NCBI RefSeq assembly: GCF_900083515.1
Contig: NZ_LT671858.1
Coordinates: 1,110,001-1,142,000, forward strand
From: Cuniculiplasma divulgatum
GTDB lineage: Archaea > Thermoplasmatota > Thermoplasmata > Thermoplasmatales > Thermoplasmataceae
DNA length: 32,000 nt
Reading direction: 5' to 3'
Position numbers and translations under genes: made by a program
Shown: positions 8,358-16,224 of the stretch, in pieces
How positions within the stretch are numbered: position 1 is the first letter of the stretch
Layout of the letters: each line of letters starts with the position of its first letter
Notes under the pieces: generated by a model
Seen by the model: only the letters and a program-made list of their open reading frames with translations
Told to the model about the DNA's origin: nothing
Databases searched by the model: none

Positions 8358-8954
8358 ATGGCGATTAAATTACGCAAAAGTGAGGATGACAAACAATTTG
8401 AGACGAGAAGCAAAATTAGAAATTACAAATCTCAAATAGACAGAGGGCTTAAAAGACAGCAACAGCTTATGGCTCAGGCCATAGCCAACATTAAAAAAGC
8501 AGCATCGATCAAGGATAAAAAAGGGATGCTGAATGCAGCACAGAATGCAGTCAGAATAAAAAGTTCGGTGGAGTATCTGAAGAGCTTTTCACTTTATCTG
8601 GATAATTTGGAAATAACATTTGAATTTGTATATAACGAAAGGCGAAACAATGAAATATTATCTGATGCAAACAGGGAACTTAATAAGAGAATGCTCTCAG
8701 AGGAACAGGCAAGGCAGATTGAAAATAACATCCAGGCAATAAACCAAAAGACAGAGGATTTAGAAAGAAGACTTGAGGATCAGTTTGGTAACATAAATCA
8801 GAGTCTTGATGAATTTGCTGCAAGAGGAGGAGAAAACGTTGATGAGGTAATAGGAAGCATATTAGGTCAAAATCCACCAGAGAATCAGGAAAAATCAAAT
8901 AATGAAATCGATGATCTCATAAATAAAATAATGGGGGAGAATACAAAAACATAA
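8358..8954 (+). CDS. ESCRT-III / Snf7 (CHMP/CdvB)-like helical protein (tentative)
   Basis: 198 aa and all-helical by composition, with a basic N-terminal half and an acidic C-terminal half. The core …IDRGLKRQQQLMAQAIANIKKAASIKDKKGMLNAAQNAVRIKSSVEYLKSFSLYLDNLEITFE… parallels the CHMP2-type pattern …IKKMAKQGQMDAVRIMAKDLVRTRRYVRKF…. The protein ends in an acidic amphipathic helix (EIDDLINKIMGE). Assignment is by eye only. Confidence 0.5.
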   Translation: MAIKLRKSEDDKQFETRSKIRNYKSQIDRGLKRQQQLMAQAIANIKKAASIKDKKGMLNAAQNAVRIKSSVEYLKSFSLYLDNLEITFEFVYNERRNNEILSDANRELNKRMLSEEQARQIENNIQAINQKTEDLERRLEDQFGNINQSLDEFAARGGENVDEVIGSILGQNPPENQEKSNNEIDDLINKIMGENTKT

Positions 8955-8958
8955 TGAT

Positions 8959-11355
8959 TCATAGAGTGAGAAGCCATCCAAAGAATAGCTTGAATGCGTA
9001 ATTTGTTTCTGGATCATATGGTATCCTTAGAATTCCATTTATTTCCTGTGACTCAATGGAGGTTTTTCCCTGTTTATCAGTTTTTATCTTTATGCTTGGT
9101 CTTAGGTAGATGGTGCTTGATTTAATACGGCTCTCGATTACTTTTCTTGTTTCTGGTAAAAGCATAACAACTTCCCTTGGTGTCTGACCCTCAAGATCCA
9201 GTGTTCCCAAGGGAAAATTGAATAGAACGAAACAGAACTTCGGATCTGGAAGATCATTTTTCCTGTTATCAAGAATATTCTTGAGTATTTTTACAATTTT
9301 AATATCGTAATTTTTTAAATCTGAGTACATTGAATGATCTATAAATATGGCATAGGCCTTTCCATTGCTGAGATTATCTTTGAATTTTTCTGACTCCGTT
9401 TCAAGAGTTATACCCGACCAATCTACTATGGTCAAATTTCTGAATGTACTTTCATTTTTTGGCTTCAGGAGGATAGATATTTTATTACTTTTCCCATTTT
9501 TATTTTTCTCCGGAAACTGACTATTTACGATTATGCTATTTAGAAGTGATTCCATTAATTCTATGCCACTGGTTATATCCCAGGTGAATTTTGTATCAGA
9601 TGAAAGCGCATCTATGTAGTTTAAGAAGAATGCGAGAAAGGTAGTCTTGCCTGAATTTTCTGGTCCTACTAAACTCAGTGTACTATAACTCTCACTATTC
9701 ACCCCATACAGAACACCATATTGATTTGTTCCCCTGGAAATCATCGACTCCTCGTATTGCTTGTATCCCGAGCGGGATGTTTCATCAAATATAGAAAATC
9801 TTAAAGGCGTTGATATAACAGAAGCTGCATAGGAAATAGCCATTACAGTAAGGATGCTAACCAAATAGGTTATTCCAGACGCATGCACAGAATTGAAATT
9901 GGGAATGTAAACTGTTAAAATGAAGTAAATGCCGATTATTGAGGCCATCATTCCACCTTTTCTGGTGCCAGGAGATATGGTTCCACTCAAAATATACGCC
10001 AAAGCGAAAAGGATAAGAAGTATTATAAGTGAAATTGTCAGTGGTATCCAATTTATTCCACTATTGTACTGGAAGAACAGGGTTCCCTTATTGAAAAGCT
10101 TTTCAAAGAAAGGTATTTTCTCAATGATCATGGTAAAAAAAAGAAATATGAGAATAAATGAAAATAAAAGACTCGACATATTAAGGATTTCGTTCCTGAT
10201 TTTTGATAGCAGTCCTCTTGTTATTAGGTAGGTTGTGGAAAGAAATAGAATAATCAGGAAACCAGATTTAATTAGATCTGAAATAAGGATAAGGGAGATT
10301 ATGTCTCTAATTAGGAAAAAAAGAGAATAATAAACAACGACTGGACCGGAGGAGAATGACCCTGAGAAAAGCAAAAAAATAAAGATTGCAATAAAACCTG
10401 TTAGAAAGGAGAATACATAGAGTGTTGTCTTTGCATTGGACCACTTCATTCTGTAACCCGCAGCAGATGATATTGCAATGATTAGTGAAAACGAAGGAAA
10501 CCAGAGAAAAAGATACTCAAAAAATGTAATAGGTGAAATCACTGAAACGAGGCCAAGACTACTATTAGTATTTAGAATAAGTGCCAGTAGTATCATAACT
10601 ACGGCAGGCCCAGATGAATTTATTAGGAATACTGGATCACTATCAGATTCCTTAAATCGAAGAAAGTACCCTATAAGAATCATAACGAATAATGAAAATG
10701 GCAACAGGTAGTACAGAATCTCCTGATGTGGAATGCTTGGATATCCCACATATATCTCCATGGAGATAAATATCAGGATTATTGTTGAAAAGAACGCTGA
10801 GAAATATGAAATCCTGATTCTCTGTAGAATAGTAAGAAATTTGCCCTGTATCCCAACAAGCAATAATATGCCGGAGAATCCAGATATTGCAAATGCGGAA
10901 ATTATGAGATAAAATAAAGTTTCAGTACCGTTAGAAATTGATTTATATGTCGTCCCTAGAGCCAGTAATGTAAGTACCCTGATAAGGAGCAATATGATTA
11001 TATAAGAAATTGAAGAGAATATAAATTTGTACAGTCTCTTTATAACGATCTGATTTCTCACGCCCACTATGTATTTTTTTAGGTAGGCGAATAATCTACG
11101 CATTAAAAATGTATAAATAAAAATTGCAAGAAATATTTTTGATATTAACGGAATTCCAACATGACTGTCTATACCAAGAAATGTTGCAATTGATCTTTCA
11201 ATGTTTGCGTTCAGGTGAATGCCTCTGGAATTCAGATAAAAGTATGTAATTAATAGGTACAGAATGAAAAAGAGTGGTGATATTATTCTAAATATTTTGT
11301 GTAAAGCCCTGATGTCAAGTTTTTGCTCTCCACTACCTTTGAGATCTCTATTCAC
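8959..11355 (-). CDS. Polytopic membrane protein (about 520-aa multi-TM N-region) with C-terminal degenerate P-loop GTPase-like domain; paralog of the 14448-16127 product
   Basis: 798-aa ORF with a GTG start 1 nt after the upstream stop. Walker A/G1 is GPENSGKT (nt 9643-9666) and the G3-like motif is DWSG (nt 9412-9423). The G2 Thr is absent (FPEKN versus FPELT in the paralog) and G4 is absent (LFNFPLG versus LFTKTD). The C-terminal domain aligns by eye with the 559-aa paralog: GKTTFLAFFLNY…SGIELMESLLNSI…FPE versus GKTTFLAYFFHF…SGIDLMEEYINRI…FPE. Confidence 0.75.
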   Translation of the reverse strand: MNRDLKGSGEQKLDIRALHKIFRIISPLFFILYLLITYFYLNSRGIHLNANIERSIATFLGIDSHVGIPLISKIFLAIFIYTFLMRRLFAYLKKYIVGVRNQIVIKRLYKFIFSSISYIIILLLIRVLTLLALGTTYKSISNGTETLFYLIISAFAISGFSGILLLVGIQGKFLTILQRIRISYFSAFFSTIILIFISMEIYVGYPSIPHQEILYYLLPFSLFVMILIGYFLRFKESDSDPVFLINSSGPAVVMILLALILNTNSSLGLVSVISPITFFEYLFLWFPSFSLIIAISSAAGYRMKWSNAKTTLYVFSFLTGFIAIFIFLLFSGSFSSGPVVVYYSLFFLIRDIISLILISDLIKSGFLIILFLSTTYLITRGLLSKIRNEILNMSSLLFSFILIFLFFTMIIEKIPFFEKLFNKGTLFFQYNSGINWIPLTISLIILLILFALAYILSGTISPGTRKGGMMASIIGIYFILTVYIPNFNSVHASGITYLVSILTVMAISYAASVISTPLRFSIFDETSRSGYKQYEESMISRGTNQYGVLYGVNSESYSTLSLVGPENSGKTTFLAFFLNYIDALSSDTKFTWDITSGIELMESLLNSIIVNSQFPEKNKNGKSNKISILLKPKNESTFRNLTIVDWSGITLETESEKFKDNLSNGKAYAIFIDHSMYSDLKNYDIKIVKILKNILDNRKNDLPDPKFCFVLFNFPLGTLDLEGQTPREVVMLLPETRKVIESRIKSSTIYLRPSIKIKTDKQGKTSIESQEINGILRIPYDPETNYAFKLFFGWLLTL

Positions 11356-11356
11356 T

Positions 11357-12784
11357 TCACGACCTGTGTCTTATATTTTCTGCTATTTCGATAACATTCT
11401 CCATCTCTACCCTTGTTATCTTGTCTGTTCCCCTTAGAGAAAAATTAACTGAAAGTGCTGATAACCTGTTTTCAAGGTTTTCGTCTCCCTTTACATAATT
11501 TTTTAGTTCGTCAATAGCATTAACAACCTTTCTTACCTCCATTGTTTGTATGTCTTTGATCAGGATATCGATACTGTTTTCTCTTCTCTGCTCTGGCTTT
11601 GTAGCTTTAACAGAGGGTTCTTCAGTATCACTGCTGTGAACGATTACACTGGTTTCCTTTTTCGCCTCGTTTATTTTACGTTCAAATATGGCATCAAGAG
11701 TTAACTCTCCCCTCCAAAGATCTGAAGCTTGCAGCTCTACTGTTCCCTTTAGATGACCACTTGTTTCGGGGATCAGTCTTGATTCTAATTCTCTGTAATC
11801 ATTTATCTTCAGGTTTGACAATGATATTTTTGTTTGACCAACCACATCAAATGAGCCCAAAAGTCCGTTAAGATTTATGACAAGATTCTCCATGTCCACT
11901 ATGGGTCGGATCTTAAACACCAAAGAAAACTCCTCTCCTTCTCGAAGTATGCCAGAGAGTGAATATGAGACTGACATTTTAACGTAATTGGATGGATCGT
12001 TCGTAGAATCCACGATGGTAAAAATTGCATCGCGTACCATATCATTCAGATAGGCATAATCTCCGTTGTGCTTGAATTTAATCATATAATCTGGTATATT
12101 CAGTTTTCTGAGATTTATCCGCTCGTCGTTATCTGAATATTTGATCAACTCCTGAATGGCCTTTGTTGCCCCAACCCTCGAACACATTAAAATTATGATT
12201 GCTTTAATCTGGGGATCAGCTGAGTTCAGAGTTGAAAGGAGAGTTGATTCAAACTTCTTATAAATATCCGGCTTATAAGAACAGCATTCAAGAACGAATA
12301 TACCTGATGATAAAGCCAGTTCTGTTTGATCTGATGACATGTTTTTTACAGCCTCTGGAACATATATTTCGAATTCGTCTCTCCATGACTGTTTGACGTA
12401 CTGACTCATTTCTGTAAAACCCTTTGTTCTGTCTTCAATAACATCTGACTTGAATAGATTGATAAGCGATTCAAGATCTCTGTCCCTTTTCTTCTCTCTT
12501 TCTTCTTGCTCCAGCTTAGAAAGTGAATTTTGGAAATAAACTAAGTTCTTTTCATCAATCTTCCTGCTTTCTATTATGCCTCTTAAGGATATGAGCAGAT
12601 TGCTAAGAAGTACCTCATCACTTGGATTTTTGAATGTTGACTCTATGAGTGTCCTGACATATTTTATGTTATTTCTCTCTACAGGTGTTATATCTCTCCT
12701 TTTCTCAATTTTCTTGCATTCTTTAAAAATTCTTGTTGCAAGTTCCTCCTTGCTCTTAAATATATTTTCTTTTGCCATTCTCAT
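11357..12784 (-). CDS. Soluble protein of unknown function: N-terminal helical (HEAT/ARM-like) region, central beta-rich region, C-terminal helical tail
   Basis: 475-aa ORF with an ATGA overlap with the upstream gene. The segment …SADPQIKAIIILMCSRVGATKAIQELIKYSDNDE… resembles a HEAT-type repeat. Residues ~270-370 alternate in a beta-strand-like pattern (VSYSLSGILREGEEFSLVFKIRP…GTVELQASDLWRGELTLDAIF). There is no catalytic motif. Confidence 0.65.
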   Translation of the reverse strand: MRMAKENIFKSKEELATRIFKECKKIEKRRDITPVERNNIKYVRTLIESTFKNPSDEVLLSNLLISLRGIIESRKIDEKNLVYFQNSLSKLEQEEREKKRDRDLESLINLFKSDVIEDRTKGFTEMSQYVKQSWRDEFEIYVPEAVKNMSSDQTELALSSGIFVLECCSYKPDIYKKFESTLLSTLNSADPQIKAIIILMCSRVGATKAIQELIKYSDNDERINLRKLNIPDYMIKFKHNGDYAYLNDMVRDAIFTIVDSTNDPSNYVKMSVSYSLSGILREGEEFSLVFKIRPIVDMENLVINLNGLLGSFDVVGQTKISLSNLKINDYRELESRLIPETSGHLKGTVELQASDLWRGELTLDAIFERKINEAKKETSVIVHSSDTEEPSVKATKPEQRRENSIDILIKDIQTMEVRKVVNAIDELKNYVKGDENLENRLSALSVNFSLRGTDKITRVEMENVIEIAENIRHRS

Positions 12785-14451
12785 CCTCTCAGTCTGAATC
12801 TGCGCTTTTCAGTTGGTTCTTCATCACCACCTATCATTTCCACTATAATATTGTTGAGTTCTGGTGGAATTAGAACCTTTCTTTTTACCAATCCTTTCTT
12901 TACCTGCGTGATGAGATTGTACATCTTTTTCTGATCAAATACTTCATTGTTTTTTGCAATAATTTCTAAAACTTCCTTTAGGAATTCTAAATCTTCAAAT
13001 TTGTTTTCAACTATAGATTCCTCAACCAGTGAGAACAGGTCTTTCCTTGCAATATCGAAACTCTTCAGAATGGAAATGCTCTGATCGATCTCTGTTGGCG
13101 TCATCTTCCTGCTTGTAGAATATTTTGACCACGTCCTGAAAAGTGTTGGTATTGTGGTAAATAAAGTTCTGCCCATGTTTACGTTTGAATCACTTTTCAA
13201 CATGTTTTCAACCAGAATCTCATTTATCTTTCCATAATTCGATAAACTTATATTCTTTAGGAACTGAACGAGATTTCTACCACCTACAGTATTTGGGTCA
13301 CACTGTATCAGCACAGGCATCATGTTGTCAATTAGATCAGTGTCGTATCCCTTTGCCTTTTCCTCCTCAACGTTATTTTCAAGATACTTTACAGTAGCAT
13401 CAATTAGATCGTCTCTGAATCCACTTTTTCTAATAATATCGCTTACTATCTTGAAATATTCTTCCTTTGGTCCATATGATTCCATATTTGAAACTTTCAA
13501 TGCTGTGTTAATTGCCATTGATGGCTCAGCATTGTTGCATATAGATTTTACTATTCTTGATATAAATATGTTGGCCAGAATTGTTCTATTACTACTCTGC
13601 GGTAAGTCGTCTGATTTTCCTATATCGTAAACTTTTCCTGTCTCAATTAGTCTAAAATACTCATTTGATACAGATCTTATGAGGCTATCTTCACCTGGAA
13701 TTTCAACATTCTTTCCATTATAATTTATGATAACATTTGAACTATTATCAGTGGAAGGGAGTGTACACACCAGATCAAAAATTCTTTCTTCCTGCGAAGG
13801 CGGATAATCATATGTAGAATAAGTGAGTACTATCCATGGTGGAAAAAGACTCTCAAGAGTCATTATTTGCCTGAACATGGTAGTGATATCAGTGGATATA
13901 ACACCAATTTTTATCTGGCTTTGGAAAATATTCAGGAAAATACCATAAAGTGCATCTCTGGAAAATTCTCGATTTTTATCTGATATTAATTCTTCTCCGT
14001 AGGACTGGTCATTTACATCTATCTCTATATTAACTACTGGAAGTTGCATAAAATTGCCATTAGCCAGTTTTAATTTTTCTATGTCCTTAACCGAAGCAAT
14101 ACCTTTCAAATGATGTCTGTCCAGTTCCTCAAGGTTCTTTCTTGCCTCGACAAAATTCTTAAAATCAAAAATAAGGAAATGACTCATCAGGGCTCCATCC
14201 CTTCCATGTATGTCTTTTCCTATATTTTTTACATAGTTCATTGCGACTTTTCCAGACGGTAATGTTAACAATCTTCTGGATTCCTTAAATGCGATGTTAT
14301 TCAGACCGATTGGTATACTGTACTTTTCTATGTAGCTAAAGTCCTCTTCACTTAATGAGGAACTCTGTGTAATGAACTGATATCCTGACCTCCCTTTTTT
14401 TTCCGCCCAACCATAAAGAACCTGGTCTGCAACAATGCTAATTAGACTCAT
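12781..14451 (-). CDS. Soluble protein of unknown function; N-terminus resembles the GTPase-associated protein 1 (GAP1) N-domain pattern (tentative)
   Basis: 556-aa ORF with ATGA overlaps at both ends. The N-terminus …DQVLYGWAEKKGRSGYQFITQSSSLSEED… resembles the 'QLxYT…GLxGxxGFQxxAxSxGL' opening that I recall for GAP1-N domains. There is no P-loop or TM segment. Confidence 0.6.
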   Translation of the reverse strand: MSLISIVADQVLYGWAEKKGRSGYQFITQSSSLSEEDFSYIEKYSIPIGLNNIAFKESRRLLTLPSGKVAMNYVKNIGKDIHGRDGALMSHFLIFDFKNFVEARKNLEELDRHHLKGIASVKDIEKLKLANGNFMQLPVVNIEIDVNDQSYGEELISDKNREFSRDALYGIFLNIFQSQIKIGVISTDITTMFRQIMTLESLFPPWIVLTYSTYDYPPSQEERIFDLVCTLPSTDNSSNVIINYNGKNVEIPGEDSLIRSVSNEYFRLIETGKVYDIGKSDDLPQSSNRTILANIFISRIVKSICNNAEPSMAINTALKVSNMESYGPKEEYFKIVSDIIRKSGFRDDLIDATVKYLENNVEEEKAKGYDTDLIDNMMPVLIQCDPNTVGGRNLVQFLKNISLSNYGKINEILVENMLKSDSNVNMGRTLFTTIPTLFRTWSKYSTSRKMTPTEIDQSISILKSFDIARKDLFSLVEESIVENKFEDLEFLKEVLEIIAKNNEVFDQKKMYNLITQVKKGLVKRKVLIPPELNNIIVEMIGGDEEPTEKRRFRLRG

Positions 14452-16127
14452 AAGTCTCCTACCTCACTAATCCAGTTTGCAATTAAGATAAAACCTGAGT
14501 TTAGTTGAGGATCGAAGTTTATTCCGTACATTCCACCCACACCAAGATCTAACTTTGGAACAATTTCTCCATTTTGATCCCTTTCAGTCTTTATGAATAT
14601 CTTGAATGCTGATGGATTCTTTATGTTTTTTGTGATATATGCATAGGTATTTCTCAATAATTTTAAGAGGTCAATTGCTGAATAATTAAATACTGCGTCA
14701 GGAAGTGTATCTGTTTTCGTAAAAAGGAATGCTATATTTGGACGGCTTTTTTTGTCCACCCTTGCATTAAGAATGGTTTCAATGATTCTTCTGTATTGTA
14801 GATCCCGTGTAGCCCACTCACGGTATGAAGAACAATCGATCATTACCAGATATCCTTTTGCTTTCAGGAGGTATTCAAATCTTGTATTCATCAACATTCT
14901 CCTTACATTATCGGGACCACCCTGAAGACTGTTAAACGTTTCCCCAGCAATGTCGTTTATCCGCAAGTATATTCTATTTGATCCAAATCTTTTCTTCTTC
15001 GTGAATTGAAAGACTACCTCACCAACCCTGTCTTTCGCAGTGAGTTCTGGGAACTTGTGTTCGGAAAATATCCTGTTTATATATTCTTCCATAAGGTCTA
15101 TTCCACTCACAACATCTGCTTCCACGTTTATGGCCGCTTCAATGTCCTGCAAAAAATGAAAAAAGTATGCAAGGAATGTGGTCTTACCGGCTGCTGGTGG
15201 TCCGATTATGGCAATTGCGTCTTTCTGTTCATATTTAGTGTTTATAGTTGATACTGCATTTCTCTGCTGATAATTAGTCTGATTTTGACTGCTATTGACC
15301 TGTTGCTTTTGATTTGCTGACTGATTTTTATCACGGTTAAATTCAGGCTTGTACCCCTCATTAATAACCGGATCTCCTGCCATTGACATCGTATTAGTTA
15401 CATTGGTTTCTGCAATACCAGTATTGTTTTTGACAATCTTCATATGAAGCACCTTAGTTGTATGATAATTCACCATAAACAATAAAGCTATTAAGATTTC
15501 TGTGAATTCAATAAAATATATAATATTATAATTAAAAATTGTTGATCCTGACGATAAGATTACACCCATATATGCAAGTATAGAAAGTGTACCTACAACT
15601 CCTGTAGCACCTCTTATCCCGGGTGTAGATACTGACAATAATGTCCCAACCGATACTGTAAAATATATGGGATACCAGAGTATTTCAAGATAAAAGATTT
15701 GAGCATAGGAAGTACTATTATGCAGGAATCCTATTCCTGCTAGACTAACCAGGGTGCTGATAAACATCCCCAGTCCTGTTAGGAATGATACCATTACATA
15801 TCTCCTTGAGGCTTTGGAAAAGTTATGATTTATGGCAGCAGTAACCCTTCTCATCCTTGAAATAGAAGATGAACTTAAAAACATAAAAATAAAACCGATA
15901 TAGGGTATCATTGATAGAATCACATAAATTCCAGTTTCAACGGAACCACGGGAGAGGTTTCTATAATAAATCTCCTGAGAGCCCAGTATCTTCTTATTGG
16001 CCTCTTTGACATAATGACTTATTGAAAGATACCATGATAAGAGAACGAGAGAACACACTACCGTGAGAAATATGACTAATCCAATCTCTTCACCATATCC
16101 GAACTGGTTAAGTGGAATTCCTGGCAT
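14448..16127 (-). CDS. Membrane-anchored (about 6 TM) P-loop GTPase with complete G1-G4 motifs
   Basis: 559 aa. About 6 hydrophobic helices fall in residues 15-220, followed by an N/Q-rich linker (NRDKNQSANQKQQVNSSQNQTNYQQRN). G1 is GPPAAGKT (nt 15180-15203), the candidate G2 is FPELT, G3 is DIAGE (nt 14943-14954) and G4 is TKTD (nt 14709-14720). Start is ATG, and the stop overlaps the next start (ATGA). Confidence 0.8.
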   Translation of the reverse strand: MPGIPLNQFGYGEEIGLVIFLTVVCSLVLLSWYLSISHYVKEANKKILGSQEIYYRNLSRGSVETGIYVILSMIPYIGFIFMFLSSSSISRMRRVTAAINHNFSKASRRYVMVSFLTGLGMFISTLVSLAGIGFLHNSTSYAQIFYLEILWYPIYFTVSVGTLLSVSTPGIRGATGVVGTLSILAYMGVILSSGSTIFNYNIIYFIEFTEILIALLFMVNYHTTKVLHMKIVKNNTGIAETNVTNTMSMAGDPVINEGYKPEFNRDKNQSANQKQQVNSSQNQTNYQQRNAVSTINTKYEQKDAIAIIGPPAAGKTTFLAYFFHFLQDIEAAINVEADVVSGIDLMEEYINRIFSEHKFPELTAKDRVGEVVFQFTKKKRFGSNRIYLRINDIAGETFNSLQGGPDNVRRMLMNTRFEYLLKAKGYLVMIDCSSYREWATRDLQYRRIIETILNARVDKKSRPNIAFLFTKTDTLPDAVFNYSAIDLLKLLRNTYAYITKNIKNPSAFKIFIKTERDQNGEIVPKLDLGVGGMYGINFDPQLNSGFILIANWISEVGDL

Positions 16128-16136
16128 TATGTTAGC

Positions 16137-16141
16137 TCACC
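16137..16141 (-). promoter_or_regulatory. Shine-Dalgarno-like (A)GGTGA(G) 9 nt upstream of the ATG at 16127
   Basis: The reverse complement of 16136-16142 is aggtgag. It lies in the only sizeable gap (97 nt) within the five-gene operon. Confidence 0.35.
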
Positions 16142-16224
16142 TGTGGACCTTTTTTTGTATTCCTCATCTTCGAGCAAACATTGCAAAAAATCCATGGAAT
16201 GTAATGAAGATTTTGTATAAATAA

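Noticed and set aside
15260-15350. Asn/Gln-rich linkers as prion-like or functional repeat domains. They occur in the 559-aa GTPase, in the SPFH protein (~1530-1583), in the 343-aa protein (~1840-1900) and in the DnaK C-terminal tail.
   Set aside because: The genome is AT-rich, so AAT, AAC, CAA and CAG codons are favoured. The tracts sit at domain boundaries, as expected for flexible linkers. They are noted but not treated as a distinct feature.
16128-16224. 11-codon upstream ORF (ATGAGGAATACAAAAAAAGGTCCACAGGTGAGCTAA on the minus strand) in the gap before the 559-aa gene
   Set aside because: It is too short and has no supporting signals of its own. It overlaps the SD-like AGGTGAG and is most simply explained as chance.
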